Part shown: positions 19,998-29,010 of the stretch, piece by piece
Position numbering within the stretch: position 1 is the stretch's first letter
How the letters are laid out: every line of letters begins with the position of its first letter
From: Nanobdellota archaeon
GTDB lineage: Archaea > Nanobdellota > Nanobdellia > Woesearchaeales > GW2011-AR4
Direction of reading: 5' to 3'
Length of the DNA: 64,000 bases
Assembly (NCBI GenBank): GCA_038046385.1
Contig: JBBSWH010000001.1
Coordinates: 32,001 to 96,000 of the forward strand
The notes under the pieces: model-generated
Told to the model about the DNA's origin: nothing
What the model saw: only the letters and a program-made list of their open reading frames with translations
The model's database searches: none
Program-made: the position numbers and the translations under genes

Positions 19998-20044
19998 AAT
20001 ATTACGCTGATTATCACGCTTTCTTTTATTCTGATTATTACGCT
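19998..20044. promoter_or_regulatory. operator-like direct repeats TATYACGCT x3 between divergent genes
   Basis: copies at about 20000, 20012 and 20036, upstream of the wHTH gene. Confidence 0.45.
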
Positions 20045-20052
20045 ATAGATAT

Positions 20053-20307
20053 ATGGATGACGAGTTAAAAATATTCTTAGCAAGAAGCAAGCTTAGAAGT
20101 AAGATTTTACAAGAGTTAGAAGAAAAGCCTCAAATAGCTTCTTTTTTGGCAAAAAAGATTAAAAAGCATAGAGAAGTTATAAGCAGGGTATTTTTGGATT
20201 TACAGAGAAAAAAGTTAGCTGTATGCACAAATTCAAAAGATTCAAGCTTTAGGTATTACAAAATAACAGAGCAAGGCAAAAAGGCACTTAAAGAGTTAAG
20301 AGTTTGA
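20053..20307 (+). CDS. winged-helix transcriptional regulator
   Basis: SKLRSKIL..L...ISR...L...YYKITEQGK pattern. Confidence 0.75.
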   Translation: MDDELKIFLARSKLRSKILQELEEKPQIASFLAKKIKKHREVISRVFLDLQRKKLAVCTNSKDSSFRYYKITEQGKKALKELRV

Positions 20308-20474
20308 ATTTTCAAAATCTGACAAAAATTTCTGACAAGCGGTAGCTTTACCATATAAGAGATAAAAAATTCTACCCCCACCCCCTATATGAAGTAATAC
20401 TACTTCTATATTCTACATCCTATATAAGTCAGCACAGAAGTATTTATATAGTAGGCTTACTTTATTTATGAAAT

Positions 20475-20672
20475 ATGGAAGAACTAAAAGGAAAGAAAGT
20501 TAAGATTGTAACACTCAATTACTTCGAGACTAAGCAGAATGGGTTAATCAAAAGGCAGTACAGGGTTAGTATTGCTCCTAAGATTATAGAAAGCTTAGAA
20601 CTGAAGGCTCACGATAAGCTCAAAGTATGGGTTAACAAGGCAAAGAAGCAGATTAGAATGACAAAATTATAA
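20475..20672 (+). CDS. AbrB/MazE-like DNA-binding protein
   Basis: YRVSIAPKIIESLELKAHDKLKVWV motif. Confidence 0.65.
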   Translation: MEELKGKKVKIVTLNYFETKQNGLIKRQYRVSIAPKIIESLELKAHDKLKVWVNKAKKQIRMTKL

Positions 20673-20715
20673 TCATAAGACTGCTGGCATAGACCAGCAG
20701 CTTGGAGTAAACAAA

Positions 20716-20877
20716 ATGGCTTGCGACCAATTAGATACTCCACAGGAAGCAGTTCCTGTGGCTATTAAAAACCTTTCTGGACAAGAAAAGGTATTCAAAG
20801 ACCAAAAGGCTCAGGATAGATTTGAGTACCTTGTAAGAACAAGGAATAAGGTTTGGGCAATTGTAAAATTCAAATAG
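20716..20877 (+). CDS. small hypothetical protein (not in ORF track)
   Basis: 53-aa ATG ORF with GGAG upstream. Confidence 0.4.
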   Translation: MACDQLDTPQEAVPVAIKNLSGQEKVFKDQKAQDRFEYLVRTRNKVWAIVKFK

Positions 20878-21160
20878 AATTTTTTTTATTTTTCTTTTTA
20901 TCCGATTCTTTTGTAAAATATGTTAGTAACTGTCCCATCATTGAATTTGGACTTATTCTTAGGGCGAGGCTTTCTAATGGGTATTTTTGGGCATTTAATG
21001 AAGATTTAAACTTTCCAATGTCTGATTTTGGGCCAGAGCTTCTTTCTCTTGAAATTTGAGCAAGCAGTTCTTTCCAATTTGAAGTTCGTTCTCTCCACTT
21101 CCTTCCTTCTGCTGCTATCTCAGGATTACCCTTTGGATTATTCCACCTTTTACCTATCAT
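20870..21160 (-). CDS. small protein with an STGPK..GK..SS.NA-type motif
   Basis: SSGPKSDIGKFKSSLNAQKY, a motif typical of phage/plasmid small proteins. Confidence 0.5.
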   Translation of the reverse strand: MIGKRWNNPKGNPEIAAEGRKWRERTSNWKELLAQISRERSSGPKSDIGKFKSSLNAQKYPLESLALRISPNSMMGQLLTYFTKESDKKKNKKNSI

Positions 21161-21438
21161 TTTTTGGTTTTGGAAGATAGTTCGTTTGGTTATTATCGAT
21201 AAGTTATGAATATAAGTATTATAATCATTCTTCCTTCTTCAATAGGGCTATTATTTTTCGGTTTAGGGCTTCAAGTTGGTTAAGTTTATACCTTACCCAA
21301 TCCTCAAAGTTTAACCCTTCTTCTTTTTCTTCCATTTTATAAATAATATAATTATTATATTATTGAGATGTATACTATGTACTACGTACTGAACGTGAGA
21401 TAGTGTCAAATAACATTGATGTTATGATAATATCCATA

Positions 21439-21843
21439 TTATTGTTCATGTAGTTTTGGTTTAACTTTATTCAATAAATATTCAAATTCTTCATCTGAAA
21501 GGTCTTTTCCAAAGTTTTCGTAAAACCCTTGTTTTTGACCTTCAAAGAATTTTCTGTCTCTCTCAATAGCCTGTAGAGCGTTCTTCAAATATGGAATCCA
21601 ATTTGAGTTAAGTTCTACTTTGATTTCTTCTATGCGACTTCTGCCTTTTAGTTTCTCTAATTCTTCACTCTCTTCTCTCAGTTCTTGCTGTCTTTTTTCT
21701 ATTTCCTTATCAGTAAACAAATTGCTATCAATCAGTTTTCTGATATATTGAGATCTGTCCTTGCCAAGAATATTCATTCTGGCTATCTGCTCTGGTGTTA
21801 GCGTTATGCTGACATTAACAAATCTTGAGTGGTATTGTTTCAT
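21439..21843 (-). CDS. ribbon-helix-helix/coiled-coil protein
   Basis: VSITLTPEQ...DRSQYIRKLID motif. Confidence 0.6.
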   Translation of the reverse strand: MKQYHSRFVNVSITLTPEQIARMNILGKDRSQYIRKLIDSNLFTDKEIEKRQQELREESEELEKLKGRSRIEEIKVELNSNWIPYLKNALQAIERDRKFFEGQKQGFYENFGKDLSDEEFEYLLNKVKPKLHEQ

Positions 21844-22036
21844 TTTTCTCCAGTTTTTTACGAATAAGTGAGCTTAAGTCTATGCCGAGTTGTAAAGCCT
21901 CATGTTTTAATTGCAGTAACCTATCGGCTTCTAAACGAAAAGCTAAAAATTCTGTCTTCTTTTGGATATGATTGGATTTTTTCTCAAAGCCAGGGTGATA
22001 GTATTGTTTTTGCATAGTTATCACTACGTTATACAT
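21815..22036 (-). CDS. ribbon-helix-helix (CopG-like) protein
   Basis: LAFRLE...LKHEA...LSSLIRKKL motif. Confidence 0.55.
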   Translation of the reverse strand: MYNVVITMQKQYYHPGFEKKSNHIQKKTEFLAFRLEADRLLQLKHEALQLGIDLSSLIRKKLEKNETIPLKIC

Positions 22037-22161
22037 ACCTTTTTATTTCAGAATTAGCTACCCTTTATTGCTTAGGTTTGGAAGCTAATTCCTTACTTAA
22101 TTCTTGCTCTGCCTCCTCTGTCAAGGAGGCTATTCTTTTAATTATATTATTATAAACTAAG

Positions 22162-22302
22162 TTAGGATTTTTCATTTTCTTTTACTGCCATTTGAATTAG
22201 TTGAAAAACAAGGTTGCTAACTGACCTACCATCTTTTTTTGCTTTATTTTTTATCTTTTCAGCAAGTTCATCTGAAATAATAGTTTGGAGTTTTTTACTC
22301 AT
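22162..22302 (-). CDS. Arc/CopG-like RHH protein (not in ORF track)
   Basis: MSKKLQTIISDELAEKIKNKAKKDGRSVSNLVFQLI. Confidence 0.7.
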   Translation of the reverse strand: MSKKLQTIISDELAEKIKNKAKKDGRSVSNLVFQLIQMAVKENEKS

Positions 22303-22390
22303 GCTAATCGAAATGAGTATAGTGGATTAATATATAAAGAGTGATTCAATGGCAAGTTATTTGTAACACTTCGCACAAGTGCTATATTTT

Positions 22391-22790
22391 TCTAACCGGT
22401 TAGAAACCGGTTTCCACTTTTTGAAAAGTATGGGAAAGATGGAACGCGAAATCGATTTCGCAAATTGAAGCAATATGGCAAAAACTCAAATGCCAACCGG
22501 TTGGCGAACCTAAAACAATATGGTAGGGTGGGACCTGAGCATTTGACAAACCGGTTTGTCAAATTGCAACCGGTTGCAAAATTTGAAGAAATATGGGGAT
22601 GGGACTGAAAATCGATTTTCAAGATTGAAACAATACGGAATTAGGTTGCTTATAATATCTCTTTTGGTGCCGATTTTCTGGAAATCGATTTCCACTTCCA
22701 AAAATTGTTTTCGCTTTTGTCGAATCGATTCGACAAAACCAAGTAAAAATGTCAAACCGGTTTGCCATTTTGTCAAATCGATTTTACATT
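22391..22790. repeat. array of 11 palindromes (core AAYCGRTT) with co-varying arms, partly at 45-bp period
   Basis: centres near 22397, 22408, 22453, 22498, 22552, 22571, 22613, 22686, 22726, 22758 and 22779. Confidence 0.9.
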
Positions 22791-22809
22791 TACTAAATAT
22801 CTAAATAAA

Positions 22810-24084
22810 CTAATTCTTTAATTCCTTAATCTCCTTCTGTAGTTCTGAAACTATCTTAAACAACTTTTGTACCTCTGGGATCTGCATAAAATTATCATAT
22901 TTTTGCATTTGATCTTGTATCTTTGTTCTATCTAAGGGCCTCTTGCAGTTGTTGCACGTTTCAGAAGTAAACCCATTTTTTACATTACAGAATAAGCAGT
23001 CTTTGATTTTTGGCTGCAATTCCTTATATTTTTCATCCTGAACTAATCCTCTTTTTACCAGCTCAATCTTAAAGGATTCATCATGCTGGCTTAAATCATA
23101 AGTTTTGAGCTGTTTGTTAGACGTCCATCTTGCAGCGTGCTGTATTTCTAAATCACTATCCCCTCTTAATCTCCGGAAAGTTACTCCATTTCGCTTTAGG
23201 GAATAAGCAGTCACGGGCTTTTCTATTCCAAGATATTTACAGGCTGTATGTATCTTGTTGTTGATGTTTTTAGGCTTAAATTGTTGCCCAAATTCTCTGT
23301 CACTCAAATTGACGAATAGAAAGGCATCTTTATTCTTCTTAAGCGGATGTTGCTCTAACCATTTTATAAGATAAGGATAGCTATCTATACATTGCAAAAA
23401 TCCTGTTCCTTCTTTTCCATGCTCAGAAATCCATATCTTAGCATAGTTATCATAAAGCTCGACATCTTTTACTTTTGTGTAAAGAATTTCTTGTGGTCTT
23501 CCTAAACTTTCCAATGACAAAGTTAGATAAAACTGCATCCTTGGATCATTAGAAAAGAAACTAACTACTTTTTCAAACTCTTCAAACGTAACCTTATCAC
23601 CCCTCCTTTTTTCTTTGCTTTTGTCAATTTTAGGGCTTAAATGCCTAACGGGATATGGCACAAGTGTATCGTCAATTCTTTCTCTTTCATCCTTTTCAGG
23701 AAAAAGCACCTTCCACATATGCTTTAGGTCTCTTATGAAATCAGATTTGCTCTTTGGAGACTTATAGGAAGTATGCATAAAAGATACAATGCTGTTGACA
23801 TCCTCTCTTTCCAAATCCTTTAAGTCCTTGTCAGTTGAATTGCAAATAAGCCTCATACTCATAAGAAGCCGATTTCGCCTAACATAGCTAAGATCTTTAG
23901 CTTCAAAAACTTTGAATAGCTGCTCGAAATAGACTAAATTATCCTTATTCTTGCAGTAGTACTTACCTCTCTTAGTTACTTCCTGCCTTTCTTCAGGCTT
24001 TACAACAAATTGATCCAGGTTTTTCTTAAATCTCCCGTAAATCCTTTCATTATGGTATATATCGTCTTCTGCCATGGCTATCAT
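22810..24084 (-). CDS. tyrosine recombinase/integrase with C-terminal zinc ribbon
   Basis: GRPQE, GK, YSLKR, W and KTY catalytic positions; CxxC-x10-CxxC; adjacent to a tRNA. Confidence 0.9.
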   Translation of the reverse strand: MIAMAEDDIYHNERIYGRFKKNLDQFVVKPEERQEVTKRGKYYCKNKDNLVYFEQLFKVFEAKDLSYVRRNRLLMSMRLICNSTDKDLKDLEREDVNSIVSFMHTSYKSPKSKSDFIRDLKHMWKVLFPEKDERERIDDTLVPYPVRHLSPKIDKSKEKRRGDKVTFEEFEKVVSFFSNDPRMQFYLTLSLESLGRPQEILYTKVKDVELYDNYAKIWISEHGKEGTGFLQCIDSYPYLIKWLEQHPLKKNKDAFLFVNLSDREFGQQFKPKNINNKIHTACKYLGIEKPVTAYSLKRNGVTFRRLRGDSDLEIQHAARWTSNKQLKTYDLSQHDESFKIELVKRGLVQDEKYKELQPKIKDCLFCNVKNGFTSETCNNCKRPLDRTKIQDQMQKYDNFMQIPEVQKLFKIVSELQKEIKELKN

Positions 24085-24141
24085 TCTCCTGCTTCCGACT
24101 TATATACTCTTGTTAAACAACGCATTCATTTAGAAAATAGG

Positions 24142-24259
24142 TGCGGGGGAAGGGATTCGAACCCCCGAATCCACTAAGGAACAGGATAGCTTATCTCGCT
24201 TACAGCGCGAGTGTTCCATCTTAAGTCCTGCGCGTTTGGCCAGGCTTCGCTACCCCCGC
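24142..24259 (-). tRNA. tRNA-Leu(TAA) with 32-nt canonical intron (24188-24219)
   Basis: cloverleaf with variable arm; BHB helix CTTA/TAAG. Confidence 0.92.
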
Positions 24260-24357
24260 ATAAAACCAATGATTCAAAGACCTTATTTAAATGTTTTCAG
24301 AATTATTGAAAATTTTGTGAGTTAATACCTCCTATCTTAGTACGAAATTTTCAATCT

Positions 24358-24411
24358 CGCAGACTTGCCTATTAATTACGAGGCGCAATTGCTCCGAGTG
24401 GCAAGTCTGCG
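24358..24411. terminator. 12-bp stem hairpin downstream of the operon
   Basis: CGCAGACTTGCC...GGCAAGTCTGCG. Confidence 0.45.
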
Positions 24412-24933
24412 TTACCCGTACTTAAACTTCTGCAGCTTGAAGAATGACTGTATCCTCTTGAACAGCTCGCGCCCCTGCATGTTAACTACGCCGTCGTACC
24501 TGTCAGACCAATAACTGTAGATGAACCTGTCAATCAGCGTCCTAAAGAACCTGAGAACCGGCCTCGATTGCCAGTATGTTCCGTGCAGATGCGCTGATAT
24601 GAAGCATTCAACAAGAATGTGAACATCTCCATTATTGATTTTGTACTTTTTTCCGTCTTTTTTGATAATAATCTCTTTAACATTGTCCATCTGCGCCCTT
24701 AAAACAACGTCTCCGTGATGATAATCATCAAGATGCGAATGGATTTCTGTAAGCCATTCAATTTTTTTGCCGTCTTTTGTGACGTGCTCCATCTTTCTCT
24801 TATGCTCTTTCTCAAATCCGTTTTCCTTTGCCCAGTCATCAACTTCCTTGTAGAAATCCTCGGCCGAAAAAGGGCCGTTGTACGCCATCCTTAAGTCATA
24901 AAGCACTTGTTTTTTTTCTGAGATTAAAATCAC
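24412..24933 (-). CDS. hypothetical protein, paralog family member 1
   Basis: Y.G.F...DFY..V..W...GF pattern shared with the next two genes. Confidence 0.75.
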   Translation of the reverse strand: MILISEKKQVLYDLRMAYNGPFSAEDFYKEVDDWAKENGFEKEHKRKMEHVTKDGKKIEWLTEIHSHLDDYHHGDVVLRAQMDNVKEIIIKKDGKKYKINNGDVHILVECFISAHLHGTYWQSRPVLRFFRTLIDRFIYSYWSDRYDGVVNMQGRELFKRIQSFFKLQKFKYG

Positions 24934-25457
24934 CCTGATGGTTTCGATATTACAGAATAATGCCTGTACATGTTAAGGAATTTTTCTATGCTGTCATGAA
25001 GATGGTTTATATCGTGCGTCAGTCTCTGCTCAAACCTTTCTGTGTAAGTCTTGAAGAAAACATAGTCAAAAAGTGTCCTTATGAAGTGCAAAAACGGTTT
25101 TTCATCCCAATAGCTTTCATAGTCAAACTCCATGAAGCCGTCTATCACTATTACTAATCTCCCGTTGTCAACCTTTTTTTTCTTTCCATTAACCATAGCA
25201 TCGCTTCTTACAAAATCATATCCAATAACGCGTATCTTGACAATATACCTTATGTAATCTGTTATTTTTTTCCAGGGGGAAATCTGCCATTCTATGAACT
25301 TGCCGTTTGCAGTGTTCTGCTCAAAATCCTTATCCTGCTTTTTGTCAAACCCACGCTCCCAGAGGAAATGGTCTATTACGCTGAAGAAATCATTCAGGTC
25401 AACTGGCCCGCTGTAATCCAGCTTCTGGTGGTCGACTACTAGCTTTAAGTGTCCCAT
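24930..25457 (-). CDS. hypothetical protein, paralog family member 2
   Basis: YSGPVDLNDFF...W...GKKKKVDNG pattern. Confidence 0.75.
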   Translation of the reverse strand: MGHLKLVVDHQKLDYSGPVDLNDFFSVIDHFLWERGFDKKQDKDFEQNTANGKFIEWQISPWKKITDYIRYIVKIRVIGYDFVRSDAMVNGKKKKVDNGRLVIVIDGFMEFDYESYWDEKPFLHFIRTLFDYVFFKTYTERFEQRLTHDINHLHDSIEKFLNMYRHYSVISKPSG

Positions 25458-25600
25458 TTTTAGTAATTATTTTTTTAAATTATCTTTGCTGTTTATTATT
25501 ATTCAGTGTTTTTTCATTGTTGTTATTTTGATATTTTTCCGTTGCTTCGCAACAAACTCTTGGCTCGCCGCATTGCTCGCCTATTTATTATAATTTTTTC

Positions 25601-26164
25601 CTAATGCGTTCTTGAAAAGTTTCTGTGCTGGTTGCCTTCTGAAGTCATCTTCAGCCTTTCTTTTATCAAAGCATGCAATTTTAACACAATGTTATAGTAA
25701 AGTTCATCCCACCAGACGCCTTCAAGTTTTTTTCTGATAACATACTTGTTGTAGAAGCTTTTCAGATGGGCAACGAAAGCGCTTCTTTCCCATACTTTTT
25801 CATGATCAGTTGTTATTTTTCCGTGCAGCTGAATCCAAACTCTTCCTTTTGTCATTTTTTTCTTTTTTCCGTTTTTTGTTACAATCTCTACATCATGCAT
25901 ATCGAAAGTCTCTATTGTGATATTAACAGACCATTCATAATAATCTTCAACAGCTCTTGTTGCTTCAAACATGTACAAAATTTCTGATCCAAAAGGGCCG
26001 GGCCTCCTTAATCTTTGCTGCGTCTCGCGAAGCTTGAACTTCTTTTCCCTGAAAAAGTTTGCAATAGACTCATACAGATCCTGCATATCAAGAATTCCTT
26101 TGTATTGGACATAAACAGTAGGCGTTCCGGCTTCTGCATTGTGCACAAAATCCTCTGGCTTCAT
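25601..26164 (-). CDS. hypothetical protein, paralog family member 3
   Basis: YKGILDMQDLY...GKKKKMTKG pattern. Confidence 0.75.
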   Translation of the reverse strand: MKPEDFVHNAEAGTPTVYVQYKGILDMQDLYESIANFFREKKFKLRETQQRLRRPGPFGSEILYMFEATRAVEDYYEWSVNITIETFDMHDVEIVTKNGKKKKMTKGRVWIQLHGKITTDHEKVWERSAFVAHLKSFYNKYVIRKKLEGVWWDELYYNIVLKLHALIKERLKMTSEGNQHRNFSRTH

Positions 26165-26353
26165 GGCAATACCCTGCTGATAAAGGTATATAAATATATC
26201 GAAATGTACGCATTTCGAAGATTTATATTAGAAAATTTTAATGAATAGCGTACAAAAATTTTCTAAATATAAAGGTTGCGGAAATCGACTCATATAGAAA
26301 AGATTTATATATAAGTAACTGCCTTATAAAAATAAAAATAAGGTGGAAAATTA

Positions 26354-27784
26354 ATGAAAAAACTACTCAAATTCTCGGTTTTCGCTGCAGTCATGGCAAT
26401 AATGTCCTGCTTTGTGTTTGCAGCACCATTTGATGCGACAGTAACTCCAATAAAAGACAAGATTGTTGTTGATGAGGTTGCAGAATTTAACATAACGATA
26501 GAGAATAATCTCGACAGGGCGCAGGAATTCACAATAAAAAAAGCCGGATATCCTTTCTGGGACATGTACACGCAGCCGCTTCAGAACCCAATCACGCTTA
26601 AAGTTGCTGCAAACAGCGCAGCGTCAATAAGTGTTTTCGTTGACCCGCTGTACATCACTTCAGTTGATACTTACACTCTTGATCCGTCAATAGTCATGGA
26701 AAGCACAGGCGAGGAGCAAAAAGTAGCAATCACAGTCGGAATAAAATCCACAGACCCTTTGATAGGTGGGTACATCCCGACAGTCTTGGCAAATATAGAT
26801 ATCCCGGAGAAGATAGACCCGAGAGACGAGTTTACAATCAAAGTTCTTCTAAACAACCAAAATTCCTTAGATTATCCTAATCTGACCATAAAGGCAGAAA
26901 GCAAACTTTTCAAAGATGAGCTTAATTATCTGTTGGGCCCTAAAGAAGACAGAGTGGTTGAGATAAAGAAGAAGCTTGATGCAATGACTGCCCCTCAGAA
27001 AGATGACCTTGTTGTTGCTGTTTTCAGGGGCGACAGGATGATAGTCAGCCCAATTGTGAAAGAATTCGAAATAACGGAGTATGTTGTTACAGAGCCGATG
27101 ACAACGGAAACATCTTTCATGAAAACAAGAAAAGGGATAAGCCTTTACTCAAACAGCCCTGATTATTCCGGAGATGTTAAAATAGAAACAACATCTCTGA
27201 AGAATTTGTTTACTTCAACAAATCCGAGAGCAAAGTTTGTGAAAGAAAACGGGAAAGAATATCTTGTTTGGAATGTGCATGTTGATTCGGACAGGAAAGC
27301 CTCAGTTTACATGACAGAGAATTACAGGCCGATACCAGTCATAGCAATTGCGGCAATAATTGCAATTGTTCTTTATTTCCTTTTCAGAAGCCCGATAGTT
27401 GTAAGGAAAAGCATAGCCAATGTCGGAATGAGCGAAGGCGGAATTTCTGAAGCAAAGGTTGTTGTAAGGGTGAAGAACAGAAGCAGCCACCAGATAACTG
27501 CAATAGAAGTGATGGACAACGCGCCTCATATAGCGCACGTTGAAAAAGAGCTTTCAATAGGCTCAATGCAGCCTAATGCAATTCTTAAGCACCCGAAAGG
27601 GGGCATCGTGATAAAATGGAATGTCGAATCTCTTGACACAGGAGAAGAAAGGGTATTGTCTTATAAAATGAAGTCCAGGCTTGCGATACTCGGAGAATTA
27701 AGCCTTCCTGCAGCATCTGCAAGGTGCAAGGTCGGCAATAGGGTAATTATCACGCAGTCCAACAGGGCAAGCACGGGAAATTAA
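26354..27784 (+). CDS. exported, membrane-anchored Ig-like/S-layer-type protein
   Basis: signal peptide, beta-rich domains, internal TM helix. Confidence 0.7.
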   Translation: MKKLLKFSVFAAVMAIMSCFVFAAPFDATVTPIKDKIVVDEVAEFNITIENNLDRAQEFTIKKAGYPFWDMYTQPLQNPITLKVAANSAASISVFVDPLYITSVDTYTLDPSIVMESTGEEQKVAITVGIKSTDPLIGGYIPTVLANIDIPEKIDPRDEFTIKVLLNNQNSLDYPNLTIKAESKLFKDELNYLLGPKEDRVVEIKKKLDAMTAPQKDDLVVAVFRGDRMIVSPIVKEFEITEYVVTEPMTTETSFMKTRKGISLYSNSPDYSGDVKIETTSLKNLFTSTNPRAKFVKENGKEYLVWNVHVDSDRKASVYMTENYRPIPVIAIAAIIAIVLYFLFRSPIVVRKSIANVGMSEGGISEAKVVVRVKNRSSHQITAIEVMDNAPHIAHVEKELSIGSMQPNAILKHPKGGIVIKWNVESLDTGEERVLSYKMKSRLAILGELSLPAASARCKVGNRVIITQSNRASTGN

Positions 27785-27943
27785 TTGTTTTATTGATTTA
27801 AATTCTTGTTATTCATTGTTTTTAGTTATTGAGTTTTTTACTTTTGTTCGGCTTCGCCTCACAATAATTACAGCTCGTTGTCGCTCCGATTGCCACATCG
27901 CGACAACTCGCCTATATATTTAACAGTACAACAAAAACCTGCA

Positions 27944-28031
27944 TGTCAGAAATCATAAAGTCCATAATAATAGTTTTGATTTCTGAGCATGATCAAAAAC
28001 ACTTTTAGCACTTATTAGGGTGTTTTTGACA
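27944..28031. repeat. family B palindromic element
   Basis: TGTC-hairpin-GAGCATGATC-hairpin-GACA. Confidence 0.75.
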
Positions 28032-28068
28032 TAATCTTTATAAAGCGAATAAAATACTTTTATTTCAT

Positions 28069-28216
28069 CCCCGCGTAGCTTAACGGCGGAGCGCTCGGCT
28101 GTGAGACTTTAAAGTCTGGCTAGAGATGCGCTCTAAGACCTTACGCTATTCTAGCGAGGAATGATAGAGAGCCAGTCGTGCCCGGGAGGTTGCTGGTTCA
28201 ACTCCGGCCGCGGGGA
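28069..28216 (+). tRNA. tRNA-His(GTG) with ~76-nt anticodon-loop intron (~28105-28180)
   Basis: acceptor, D and T arms intact; exact splice junction ambiguous. Confidence 0.8.
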
Positions 28217-28314
28217 TTTTGGGTTAGCGTCATTGCTAACCCTATATTTTTCTATTAAATACCACTGGACATCTCCGCCTAAGATATTTAAAGCAAAACA
28301 TCTTAATTCTCATT

Positions 28315-28938
28315 ATGAAAACAAAAATATTGAAATATGGTTTTAAGAAACTAACAAAAGCTAAATCCAGAATCATTGCACATTTGATAGGAGACGGCTG
28401 TGTTTACAAAAGCAATCATGATTATAACATTAAATATGAAGTAAAAGATCAAGAATCTTTAGATTCTTTTGAAGAAGATTTGATTTCCGTTTATGGCTTA
28501 AAATTAACTAAAGGATTTAAAAATTCCGGATTTACTGGCAAGCCCATCCCTTTTATAAGATTAAGATCAAAACTGGCTTATGAGGACTTATTGCGCTACG
28601 CAACCTATAATTCAAGAGATTGGAAAATTAATTCAATAATTCCCCCTTCATCTAAAACAATAAAAAAAGAATTTCTCAAGGCATTGTTTGATGACGAAGG
28701 AAGTGTAATAATAAAAAGCAAAAATAGCGAAGTCAGGCTCTATTCAATAAATTTGGACGGCTTAACACAAATACAAAAAATACTGCTGGATTTTGGTATT
28801 AACACAAAGATAACTCCAGGATACGGCTTGAAAAGGAATGTGTATGCCGTAATAATTAAGGATTTAATGGCATTTAGGAAAAAGATAGGATTCAATTTAA
28901 GGAGAAAACAAGACAAACTTGATACCTTAAAATTCTAA
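28315..28938 (+). CDS. free-standing two-motif LAGLIDADG homing endonuclease
   Basis: AHLIGDG and FLKALFDDEG motifs. Confidence 0.85.
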   Translation: MKTKILKYGFKKLTKAKSRIIAHLIGDGCVYKSNHDYNIKYEVKDQESLDSFEEDLISVYGLKLTKGFKNSGFTGKPIPFIRLRSKLAYEDLLRYATYNSRDWKINSIIPPSSKTIKKEFLKALFDDEGSVIIKSKNSEVRLYSINLDGLTQIQKILLDFGINTKITPGYGLKRNVYAVIIKDLMAFRKKIGFNLRRKQDKLDTLKF

Positions 28939-29010
28939 AAAACCAAACTTTATATACTAGCTTTCAAAGAAATTCATAATAAAATTTATTTTTAACAAGA
29001 GGTGAATTAA

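Larger units (their letters stand above)
14785..24152. mobile_element. integrative element inserted in the tRNA-Leu(TAA) 3' end
   Basis: direct repeat TGCGGGGGAAG at 14785-14795 and 24142-24152; integrase next to the tRNA; AT-rich cargo. Confidence 0.85.

Noticed and set aside
22391-22790. CRISPR array interpretation of the palindrome array
   Set aside because: There are no identical repeats with unique spacers, the spacing is irregular, and no cas genes are present in the window.
22392-22804. ORFs 22392-22622, 22510-22776 and 22556-22804
   Set aside because: These overlapping frames on both strands are produced by the palindromic repeats and have no convincing start or RBS.
28315-28938. 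Intein or group I intron host for the LAGLIDADG ORF
   Set aside because: There are no Cys/His-Asn splice termini and no interrupted host gene flanks the ORF.
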